Assembly (NCBI GenBank): GCA_965644315.1
Contig: CBFFRQ010000057.1
Location: 434,001-498,000 of the forward strand
Origin: Caecitellus pseudoparvulus
Lineage: Eukaryota; Protista; Bigyra: Bicosoecida
DNA: 64,000 nucleotides
Direction: 5' to 3'
Of the stretch, positions 1-10,600 are shown one piece after another. Every line of letters begins with the position of its first letter. The first letter of the stretch is position 1. A program made the translations under genes and the position numbers. The notes beneath the pieces were generated by a model. It did no database searches. It worked only from the letters and a program-made list of their open reading frames with translations, and was not told the origin of the DNA.

Positions 1-2000
1 ACAAGGTGCCAAGTTGGAACTGTCCCTGGGCATCGCCCTGCTTTGCTGCAGCTTCATACCAGCGGGCTGCCTCTGCATCATTTCGCTCCGTTCCCTTCCC
101 ATGCCTGAAGGCGTCTCCGAGGCTGCTTTGGCCGCCAGCATGCCCCTGCTCTGCCGCTGCTTGAAAGCACTCCAGCGCCTGCGCTGCGCTTCGCCGCACT
201 CCCTTTCCTTTCGAGAACATCAAGCCAAGTTTGAAGTGGCCCTCAGCGACTCCCTTCTCTGCGACAAGCCTGTACCAATGCACTGCTCGCTTCAAATCCT
301 TTTTGACCCCACGCCCGGCTTTGTACATGTCTCCAAGTAGGCACTGGGCCTCCACTTCCCCTTTTTCTGCAGCCTCCTTGAGCAGGCGAACTGCCTCAGC
401 CTCATCCTGCGCCACCCCTTGGGCTTGCAAGTACAATTTGGCAAGATGGCACTGCGCCAGGGCATCTCCCATCCCCGCTGCTTCTTGAAGGTATCGTGCA
501 CCTTCCTTCGCAGTGTCCCCTTGGCCATCTTTCTGCGTGTGCATGCAGCCGAGGAAGGTCTTGGCCCTCACATGCCCTTGCTTCGCTGCTGCCTTAAACC
601 AACGCAACGCAACAGCGTCATCCTGGGGCACGCCATATCCGTGCTTGTACATGGTGCCCAAGCTGCACTGCCCATCGGCATTGCCCAAAAGCGCTGCAGC
701 TCTGAAGCACCGCACTGCCTCGCTGTCACTTTGAGATACGCACGACCCAGCCCTGTACATGTCCCCCATGGCAACGTGTCCACCTGCATGCCCTAGCTCT
801 GCTGCAGCTGCGTAGAGCTCAAATGCCCTTTGAGGATTACGCTTTACTCCCCAGCCGTTGCTGTACATGGTCGCAAAGTTGAACAGCCCGTCGCTGTACC
901 TCTGCTCTGCGGCAGCTCGGTACCACCGCACTGCTTCCTTCACATCTTTCCATGTTCCGTGTCCATGACAGAATGCATCACCCAGCTTGCACTGTCCCTC
1001 TGGGTCCCCCTGTTCGGCTGCTGCCCGGTACCAACGTAGCGCTTCAGCCTCATCCTGTGCGATTCCGGTGCCTCCAGCGTACGCATCTCCAAGCGCAACC
1101 TGCCCACCAGAATGTCCCTGCTCTGCAGCTGCCCTGAAGAGGCGGAGCGCTTCACTTTCGTCCTGGCAGACACCAGTGCCAGTCTTGTACATGTCCCCCA
1201 GGCTCACTTGCGCGTCTGCAAGTCCCTGCTCCGCAGCAGCAACGAACCAGCGGTGAGCCTCAGCGTGGTCTTGGGACACACCCTGGCCAAGTCTGTGCAT
1301 GCAGCCAATGTGCCACTGACTGACAGCATCGCCCTTTTCAGCTGCCCTTCGGTACCACTCCGCAGCCTCTGTCCGGTTCTTCGCGGAGCCGGGGCCGTGC
1401 TCCAACATGATGCCCAGCTTTCGCTGAGCCTCAATGAGCCCCTGCTCAGCTGCGGCCCTAAACCACTTAACTGCTGCGGGTAGGTCTTGCATACCTCCAG
1501 TTCCATCCCTGAAGCTGTCTCCTAAAGCAAGCTGCGCTGCAGCGTGTCCTTGGGCTGCTGCCGCCTCGAACCATTGACGTGCACGGCCAGCATCCCGAAC
1601 CCCGCCAATCCCCTCTCCGTACATCTTTCCAAGACAATGCTGCGCTGCTGCTTGACCTTGCTCAGCCATGGAAACAAGCTCGGGGACAACGTCCGCGTTG
1701 CCTTGTTGTGCCATGGAAGCCAAGCTCTCCAAGGCGTCCGCCTGGCCTTGACGTGCAAGCGCCCAAAGTTGCTGCAATGCATCCCCATGTCCCTGCTCTG
1801 CCGCAGCCAAGAACAGGCGCGCTGCACTTGCGCAATCGTGAGCCACTCCATCGCCGCGCATGTGCGCGTCGGCCAAGAGGAACTGGCAAGAGGCATTCCC
1901 TTGCTGGGCAGCAACTTTGAGCCAGTGGCAACCCTCGGCGGCATTCTTCCTTATGCCCACTCCGTGACAAAGCATCCCAGCAAGCTCTAAGCAGTCCACC
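1..2000 (-). repeat. SEL1-like repeat array (108-nt coding period, ~17 units, continues beyond window)
   Basis: Recurrent AQxxLGxMYxxGxGVxQDxxEAxRWxxAAAEQG consensus; the units are diverged from one another at DNA level. Confidence 0.92.
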
Positions 2001-3919
2001 ATGTCACCTTTGCTTGCTGAATCCTTCATGTGCTGCAGGTGCAACATGTCTCGTTTCCCTGTCCACCGCAGACCTGCGTCTCCTCGTCTCTCCCGCAAAA
2101 CCTGCTCTATGCTGCCCTTCACGTCACCACCAGACACCAAACACGGCCAGAGGCCCACCAAACCCCCAACATCGGCATTCTCAGCTCCTTTCAGCGCGAG
2201 CGTTGCAACGCCTTCCATGGCCTGGCTGCTTGTCGTGCCCAGCAAGCTGCCTCCACACAAGAGAACGTCAGCCCGCCACCATCGCATGCCGCCCCACAAT
2301 CCTCGTACCACCTCACCTCCGCCGCGAACGACCGAGTCCCAGACCTGCCCCATAGCACCAGATGAAAGACTGTAGCGAGCCCACTCCATTCCTTCATCAG
2401 AACCACCCACTGACTGCAAAGCAGCAGCCACATCTTGGTGCTCGGCCACTTTCACGGAAGTGCCCCAGGACCCAACTTCCTCAAAGCTCTCCAACATGCC
2501 ACCAAGCGCACAGTCAGCCCCAACCCCCGCCGTTGCGTTGCCGAAAACATCCTGTAAGGCGGCTCCCCATCCACAGTCTTCACCATCCTCCTTCAGCATG
2601 TGTCCGACACTACCCGCGCACAGCCGAACAGTGGCAGCACCCTGCAGAACATCATTCACAACTTCCGCTGTCATCCCTGCACGCTTGCTGCCCTCAACGA
2701 CAAGTACCTTGCCTCCTGAGCCAAGCACGTAGCCAGCTCCAGACAGCTCGCACCGCTGGAGCACCGTAAGGCACTCTCGCGCCAGAGCTTCCTTCGCACA
2801 CACAGCCACATCCTCCCAGGCGTCACAGCCCACCACGTCATCCAATGGAATGCCTGGTGCAACGACTGCTTGAAGGACAAATGTGGTTTGAAGACCAAGT
2901 GGGTTGGCAGCGTTCGCGCCCTCTTGCTCAAGTTGGACGGCGAAACCCAGAACCTCCTGCACAGGCCCGGAGGCTCCAGCTGCCCTAGCCCAGGAGTTTA
3001 GCCTCTGACCAAGAAGCAGCCCGCGCACCACTTCCAGGCACCCCCGTGCCCAAACACCCTCTTCCTTATCACCTGCCCAAACACCAACCCTACATGGCCG
3101 CCGCCACTCAAGCATCAGCCCCCCCCCATCAGCAAGCCAGCGAGCTCGCCCAGCTCGAGGAAGCGCAATGTGCGCAGCACCGTCTGTGCTTTCGCCAGTC
3201 ACTACCGCTACTTCGGGCGTGCCCGTGGCTTCTAGCTCGCCCAGGGCTGAAGCAATACTCCTGAGTTCACCTGCTGCTTCCAGGCTCGACTCGCCGAGAA
3301 CGCGCAAAGAGGCCGCAATGGAGTTCAGCCTTTCCTGGACAGCAGCCATACCCTCGACGACTTGCACAGCCTGGCACTCATTCAGTACCCGTGCACCTCG
3401 GCTCAATGAAGGCATGCAGAATGAATACTCTGCAGCCCACAACGATACACTTCGCAGCAGCGCCTCCTGCCGCGGGGCGGTGGTGCCTGATGATGCACGA
3501 ACCCGACGCCAGGCTGCCACCGTGCCACCATACACACGGTGCAAGCGCTCACCATCTGTCCATTCACGTAAAACAAGAATCTCGCGAACGATGTCTCGCA
3601 CAGCACACTGCGCCAACTCGACACACCTGCTCAACTGCACCAAACCATCCAGAGCGCGCCGGCTCAGCTTGCTCTCCAACTCACCCAGTAGCCGCGTTGT
3701 GCCGGTTTTGATCCTCCCCAGTGCTTCAAGTTGACCCTCTACGCCCAGCCACTCTCCTGCCTCGGGCAAAGCCTCCCCCACCGCGCCAGCCAATCCTAGA
3801 AGTGCAGCGGTAATTTCACCCCGCACAGCCACACTGTCCACACACGGGCCTCGTGCAACGTCAATCAGTGCATCAACACAGCCTGGTCCCATGCTTCCGT
3901 CACTGCGCGGATCAGTCAT
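1..3919 (-). CDS. Helical N-domain + degenerate pseudokinase + SEL1-like repeat protein (3'-partial, >=1306 aa)
   Basis: Manual translation from ATG at 3919 (MTDPRSDGSMG...). I found no in-frame stop down to ~2030, and the frame runs off the window edge, which is why the ORF track omits it. Below ~2000 there are ~17 36-aa SEL1 repeats, e.g. AQVSLGDMYKTGTGVCQDESEALRLFRAAAEQGH. Confidence 0.88.
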   Translation of the reverse strand, partial: MTDPRSDGSMGPGCVDALIDVARGPCVDSVAVRGEITAALLGLAGAVGEALPEAGEWLGVEGQLEALGRIKTGTTRLLGELESKLSRRALDGLVQLSRCVELAQCAVRDIVREILVLREWTDGERLHRVYGGTVAAWRRVRASSGTTAPRQEALLRSVSLWAAEYSFCMPSLSRGARVLNECQAVQVVEGMAAVQERLNSIAASLRVLGESSLEAAGELRSIASALGELEATGTPEVAVVTGESTDGAAHIALPRAGRARWLADGGGLMLEWRRPCRVGVWAGDKEEGVWARGCLEVVRGLLLGQRLNSWARAAGASGPVQEVLGFAVQLEQEGANAANPLGLQTTFVLQAVVAPGIPLDDVVGCDAWEDVAVCAKEALARECLTVLQRCELSGAGYVLGSGGKVLVVEGSKRAGMTAEVVNDVLQGAATVRLCAGSVGHMLKEDGEDCGWGAALQDVFGNATAGVGADCALGGMLESFEEVGSWGTSVKVAEHQDVAAALQSVGGSDEGMEWARYSLSSGAMGQVWDSVVRGGGEVVRGLWGGMRWWRADVLLCGGSLLGTTSSQAMEGVATLALKGAENADVGGLVGLWPCLVSGGDVKGSIEQVLRERRGDAGLRWTGKRDMLHLQHMKDSASKGDMVDCLELAGMLCHGVGIRKNAAEGCHWLKVAAQQGNASCQFLLADAHMRGDGVAHDCASAARLFLAAAEQGHGDALQQLWALARQGQADALESLASMAQQGNADVVPELVSMAEQGQAAAQHCLGKMYGEGIGGVRDAGRARQWFEAAAAQGHAAAQLALGDSFRDGTGGMQDLPAAVKWFRAAAEQGLIEAQRKLGIMLEHGPGSAKNRTEAAEWYRRAAEKGDAVSQWHIGCMHRLGQGVSQDHAEAHRWFVAAAEQGLADAQVSLGDMYKTGTGVCQDESEALRLFRAAAEQGHSGGQVALGDAYAGGTGIAQDEAEALRWYRAAAEQGDPEGQCKLGDAFCHGHGTWKDVKEAVRWYRAAAEQRYSDGLFNFATMYSNGWGVKRNPQRAFELYAAAAELGHAGGHVAMGDMYRAGSCVSQSDSEAVRCFRAAALLGNADGQCSLGTMYKHGYGVPQDDAVALRWFKAAAKQGHVRAKTFLGCMHTQKDGQGDTAKEGARYLQEAAGMGDALAQCHLAKLYLQAQGVAQDEAEAVRLLKEAAEKGEVEAQCLLGDMYKAGRGVKKDLKRAVHWYRLVAEKGVAEGHFKLGLMFSKGKGVRRSAAQALECFQAAAEQGHAGGQSSLGDAFRHGKGTERNDAEAARWYEAAAKQGDAQGQFQLGTL

Positions 3920-4612
3920 GCTTAGAATGGAGGCTTCTGAACGCCGGTCGATTCCAGGGTTGACTTTGGAGCTTATCGCAAGCACTTGCTGCAAGACCGA
4001 TTTCCGCAACACCCCTCAGGGTGAACGCATGGGCCTGATCCCGGCCGACGAAAATAACTTGAAGGCGGGGGCGACCCATGTGTGTAAAGCTTCGCGATCG
4101 AAGTGTTGCTGACTCATTTTGGCCCGATTCTTTGAATGCGAGGACTGGATACCGAGCACACAGCTTTCATGAGAAAGTGCTCGAGTTCAGCCCACAGCAG
4201 AGGTTCTGCACGGCGCAACAGTGGCTTGCAATTTCCCCCTTCTTCTTTTTTTCTCGTCTTTCAATTTCGTGATCGTGCGGTGGGCGTGTGGCACCTGTTG
4301 CCACTGGGAATGGAATCTGACAGGTGCAACACGCTCGCGCAGAGCCAAAACTCTGACTTGAAGTCAAGAATGCCCACTACTTCATGCGCTGAGGCAATGC
4401 ATATGAAGGGCGCTATGCTGCGATTGGATGAAGCAGCAAGGGTTGTCGTTTCATAACGACTTTTCGCGCCTCTTCGGCAACGTCATGGAGTCGAATCATG
4501 GGAGAACACTGCAAGCGTCGAGGTCCATAGAAAACTGGGCTCACTTTCAAGCAAGAGCACACGTAGATGACAGAGACTGCATTCAATGGAGGCCGGAGGC
4601 GCACAGAGGAAG

Positions 4613-7600
4613 TCACCCTTGGTGTCTTGGGAGCGCGATGGTCGGTCGCGCAAGTGCAACCGTTTCGCCTCCCCACACACACAGCGGGTCAGGGAGGGGC
4701 ATCGCATGGGGTACTTCCTCGACCTCCACTGCAACGTGCTTTCCTAACTCCACTGTTTCAGGATCCCACTCTTCGTCCATCCAGTCAGCGTCGTGCAGCA
4801 CCAGGATGGAGTCGTCCTCTGGAGCGGGAAGCCCCACCGCCGCGTAGCAGGCCGCCACTTGCTCCGCAAAAGTCTGAGTTGGATCAAGCTGGACCGCGAT
4901 GGGGCCGGCCAACACTTCACGGAGACCTAAATTAGCATCGCCGGCCAGCTGCATGTTGCCTGCGTCCTGCTCTTCAACACTCACCACGTACAAGGCCACA
5001 TAGCTCGCCTGCCTTGGACGAACGTGGATACTTTGCAGCACCACGCCGGACAGGTCACTACCAGGCGCCTTGGTTCCAGCAGAGGTGCACAATTCCACGA
5101 CGAACTTGTCACGGGAAGATGCTGGAACGTGCACCAAGTCGAAAATTGCCCCCACGTCCACCCGCACGCGGATGTCGAGCTCGATCTCTGTTTGCGCTTC
5201 GAGCTCCCGCCCAGTTGGGCCGTCGCCAGGCAGGCCCAGCAGCAGCAGGGGAACTGTTTGCATGCATGCATCCGTGCTCACCACACCCACACTGAAGCCT
5301 TTCTCGCTCGGCGAGCGCAGGGCTGTCTGGAATGAAGCAAAGTTGGCTTCGTTCAGGGCCACTGGAGTCGGGATGCTAGCCCATTTGAGCATGAAGCAGT
5401 GCTCACTCGGAGGGCTGCGCTTCTTGAGGCCTTTCAGCACTGCAGCTTGGAACTCTGGGATGGACCCCAGCATGCTATCTGTCAGCCTGATCCTTCTGCT
5501 TCTTTGTGAACTGCGCAAGAAGCAGGAGTCCGAGCTTGGATCACTCGCACCAAGCAAAGTCAGGGAGAGTGTGATGCCTTTGCTTTCCTGGCCAGCACTG
5601 CTTGGCGCGTGCTGCTCAACCACGTCGTCTACGCCGTTTGTAAACTGGATCACATTGAAGTCTGACAAAACATCACGCAGGTCGCCATCCAAAGCCTCGC
5701 GGACACGCGAAGCGAGGTGCATGCTTTCGTCGTCCAGCGTGCCACAGGCCAAGGCAGACGCCTTCAGGTGCGCCAAAGCATCGATCACATCCTGCTCACA
5801 CTCAAGCGGCATTTCACCGGGAGACTGACCGATTCGACGCATCGGCTGTTCTTTCTTGGCCGCTGCCCCAGCCTGTGGGTGTCCACCGCCAAAATGTGAG
5901 CTTCCTCGTCCCCCAGTGCGCAATGGCTGAGGCATGGCTTGCCCTCCGCGTGACTGCGCTTGGGGCATTGCTTGGCCTCCAGTTGGCTCCAAGCGCGCAG
6001 CTTCCCTCTCTTGCTCCCGCATTTGCTTGTGAGCGTCCAATTTCAGAGCCTCATCTGCTGCCAAGGCGTGACCGAAGGGTGCGCTGTCCAAGAAGTCTGG
6101 TGTGCTTGCGTCTGACGCAAAACGGAGCTTAGGAGCATATTTGCCGCGCGAGCCCATCCCAGAGCTGTCACCCTGCTTCAAATCTTCCGCGCTCTGCAAG
6201 ATCGCCCGAAGGCGTTGAGAAAGTTGCTGGATGGTATTGGTGACAAGGACAAATGCGCCTACAAGCACGCCGTCGGCGGCCGACCCGTCAGCCTTGGTGA
6301 TGCCCAGCAAAACATGAGCCATGGAGTTCTTTGGCTTCTTTTCTCCGTACAGAGCTGCGTGAACGAATTGGTTATCGGCCAGCAGCGACTCTGAGGAGCT
6401 TTGGGACAGCCACGAGACGGATGCTTCCGCGAGTGCGTTCTTGAGGTGCTGCAGCATGTCCAGGTCACTCTGAGCACTCTTTGTGTTACTGTCAGTAACA
6501 AGCTCCTCAATCTTGCGAAGACGTTCGTCCACTTCTTCCATGATTGACGCTGGAAGAGCGTTCTCAGCCGCCTCCTTTTCCAGGTGCTTCTGGAACTGTC
6601 GCACGAAGGACCTGTAGCTCCCCACTGCCAGTCGTCTGAGCCTTCGTGAGGTACCGGACACTTTCCCGCTAAACAAGGCCTTGTCGAGGCTGGTAGCTAG
6701 GATGCCTTCCTCAAGCAGCTTCCTCACGGAATCTGTGGCGGAGCGCAGGAGTTCGCGCCACTGCTTGTCTGTGAGTGACGAAGCCATGATCTTGCTGTCC
6801 TTCCACTCAACACCAGCTTCTTCGCAGAGCAGCAGGGCTTGTTCAAGCAGGGACTGCTCCTCGGACACTTCGGGAGCTTCGGAAACTTCGGGAGCTTCGG
6901 GCTCTTTCTCTGCATGATCTTCATGTTGGTCAGACTGCGAACCCTCCTTGGACTCCGTTCCCGCAGGAACATCCAGAACTGGCTTGACCTCGCTGGGCGC
7001 CGCTTGCTCACTCTTTTGCTTGAACACAAAATCCTCTCCTAAATCTGACACCTCCAACCGCATTTTCCCCCGCATGATCAGCGGGAGGAGGAAGCGGGCC
7101 AGGTTCTCAATGTCCACGCTCACGTGCCCAGCAGCAAAGGGCTGCGAGTCTGCGGAGGCAGCTGTCCGTGCTGCGAGCCACTTTGCACGCGCCTCGTCAC
7201 TGCTCAAGCGAAGCTTGTACTTCTCCGGCAGGAATACATCCAGAGGTGGCTCACCTGGACTCGGTTTGGGAACCCGTGTGGCAGTGTAGCTGAAGCGTGT
7301 CCCGCATCCACGCTTCTTTCCGCTCTGCTTCTCGTCTTTCAGCCGTTTCGCAGTCTCGGCGGCACTCTCATGCGAGTGCTGGCCGCATACTCCTGCGTCA
7401 CAGTACATCGTCCTTTCCATGAGGCGCTGGCAGTCCGGGTTCGGGCAGATGCTGTACTTTTGCTCATGCATGAGCTGCTGCGTGCTTCGCCCTTCGTCGA
7501 AAGCAGCTTCTCGCTCCTGCTGATCAAGAATGTCGGCCTCCTCCAATGCCTTTGAGTCGTGCCCAGGTTCCACATCATTGTACTCCACATCCGCTTCCCA

Positions 7601-10600
7601 GCGCAGAAAGAATGGAATGAGTCGGCGAAGCTTGTCCACGAGTGAGAGAGGGGCGCCTTCGCCTTCTGCCTGATCAACGTAGGGATTGACCTCCCCGGTG
7701 TGCATGACAAGTTCACGGAACGAGACTGCCGTGCTGGCGACGTGCTTCAGCGCGCGACCGCCGTGCGTTGCTTCCAACAAGCATCCTCCTCGATTGATGC
7801 CAGTCAAGGCTGTCATCGCTCTCAGGTGCCGTGTTGCATCCAACTCCATCATCGCGTTCTGAGACTTGACCAGGCGCTCTCTGAGCATCCGCAGGGGCAG
7901 AGCTCTCTCCATTTCACTCTGGGTGAACGAAAAGCTTAATACATCGCTCACCATGAGCTGCTTGAAGCCGTCTTCGTTGCCGACGGAAAGCCTGGGAATG
8001 CCTTGCTCGAGTTCAGCTTGGTGGCCACACACAGCTTCGTACATGCCAAATGTTGCTTGCAGCAAGTTCCAACTCCTCACAAACTCGTCAAGCTTCTTCC
8101 TGCCTACATCGACCGTCACTTGATCAAGCCTCTCTCTAGACAGCGCATCCACCATTGGCAACTCCCAAGCTTCAGCCTCACTGACCTTGCCTGCGAGCTC
8201 CTCATTGCACCACTGGTAGAACGACAGCATGACGGGGATGTGGGTGGCGAAGTGCAAGGAGTTACCGTGCTGGCCATCTACAAGCTCGTGGAGCACCGCG
8301 CCTGCCAGGAGAGGCCCAGGCAGCTCCATTCCCTCTTCCGCTTTCAGCTTCGCGTCGCCTGCAGCTGCTTCTAGTCCGAGGACAAGCTGTGTGGTCGGAC
8401 TTCTCAGCCAGTGGGCGCAGCGGTGGCTCTTCAAGCCGGCGGCACAGCGACCGAGGGCGGGACGCAGAGCCAACACTTTCGAGCTGCAAGCCTTAACAAG
8501 AGCGACCAATTTGTCGTGAAAGTCATCAGCAGACAAGGGCGTCGAGACGAACTCCGCGCACACAGCCTTTGCTTCCTCTGAGCTTTCAGCAAAACAAGCC
8601 AAGTGCCAGGCCTCCAAACCCAAGTCCTTCAGAACGCTTTCATGTGCCAGAACTCTGGTTAGGCGGTCGTATCCCCTCTCTGAGCCTGCTATGTGTGCCA
8701 TGACCACTGCACCCCATGCAGGACTGGCCCCCTGGAGCCGCTTCATTGCTTCCTTCACAGGCCGTGCACGAACACTTTCGTGATCTGGATTCGATCCAAG
8801 CATTGCAGCGAGCAGTTCGCAGAACACCAAGCTCTGTGCAGCAAACCTGGCCTTGTCTAGGGGTGACCGCGCATCCGCGTGTCTGGAGGACAGTACTTCA
8901 GCGGCCGCTGGCTCCAGTGGGCATGTGTTTGTGGGTCCGATGCGAAGGACGTGCTCAGAAGTGTGCTTCGCAAGCATCCACACGAGCAAGTCGTAGGAAG
9001 CATGGGTCTCAAGATGCGCGACCTCCCACCCGTACAGCGCTGCAACCTGGCGTGACAGAGCAATACTGAGAGCAGTCGGCATGAACGTGGCACTGCCTGT
9101 CTTGAACGAGACTTGTGCAAGCTGCTCACTGAAACCAGGGTGGGTGTGCAACTGGCTCAGCAGCTGCACCCTTGCCAAACATGGCAGCGCACTCGGTGCA
9201 TCTTTGTTCAGAAGCCGCAGTAAACTCACTGGTGCCTTCCCTCCAGGCAAGGTCAAGGCGGCGCCCGACTCCATGAACAGGACTGCGCGGATGACTGCCT
9301 GCTTCGCTGTAACCGAGCCAAAGCCGCCCTCACAGCCAGGGAGGATCCACCGGAAGCAAGCCAGGAAGGCGGAAGACATCATGCAGCGGAATTCCTCCAA
9401 GAAGCCATCAGGGACGTCTGCAGAGAGTGATGCAAACTGCCCCAGCACAAACAGCATGGTGTCCAGTGGAAGCTGGCCCCGCAGACCAGGATCATTCGCC
9501 GCAGACCTCGTGCGGGCAATGAGCAGGCTCAGAATGCCTTCAGGGGCCCGCATGAGAACTTCAGACATGCACACCACCTGGACACACTTGCCAAATAACT
9601 GCTCGTCATGGCAAACCCCTTCTGCTGTCCTGCACGGCCCTTGGCGGGCAGCAGCCACCCGCCCCAGCCACTCGCACATCTGCGACTCAGACTCGGGGCC
9701 GATATGTAAGCCCTCGACTGCCGCTTGCACTGCGTCCAGGATTCGGCCAGCCCCACTTGCAGCACCAGAACCAGGAACAGCGGGAGCAGCGCCCAGTGAT
9801 CTGGAGCTGTACACAGAGGCGATGGCCTCGGAGACAAACCGAGTCAAGGCTCTGTGTCGAAGGAAGAACGTCAGTGGAACTGACCCAGGGAAGATGTGCT
9901 GGGTGGCCAATGCCCTGGCTCTCTGGAGCAGCTCCCCAGCTATGTGGTCGAATTCATGGGGCATCATCGGCACCACGGCTTTGGCAAAGCCTTGCAGATG
10001 CCGCCCCTCACTCACGAAATCTGCATCGTCAACTTCCACAACGTTGCAGTACAACTTCAAGAAATCGCGGGACAGGAGAAGCATGAGCTCGTCCCGCTCT
10101 TGCAGGAGCTCAAAACAAGACTGCATGTGCTCGAACCCAAGCTGCACATCACCGTCAGCTGCGAGCAAGGATCTTGCCAGTGCGAACTGTTCCTCCAACC
10201 CCTCAACACGCTGCTTGCAGGCGTCAGACACAAGCTTCAAACTGCGGAGGACAGTGAAGCCGAAAGGAAGCTCGGCTGCAGCTGGAACAACTGGAGAGGG
10301 CACTTTCTCACGGCCATGCTTGCGGGACACACTGGTCAAGGACACGTGCCTCCCGACTTCGATGTTCAGGACGCTCTTCACCGCCTCAGCTGCGAATTCG
10401 AGAAGCAAGGGCGATGATCCTTCAGTGTGCAGCTTGCACAAAGCCTCGAAGCCGAAGTCTCTCGCCGACCGAGCCAGGAACGCCTGCACGATGCCAAAGC
10501 TCAAGTCCTGCAACCGTTTTCGAAGGTGCACGACCATGCTCTCCGTCACTGCCGCACTCCACACACCCTCAGCGGCGTCGCTTGTGAGCGTCCCCACAAG

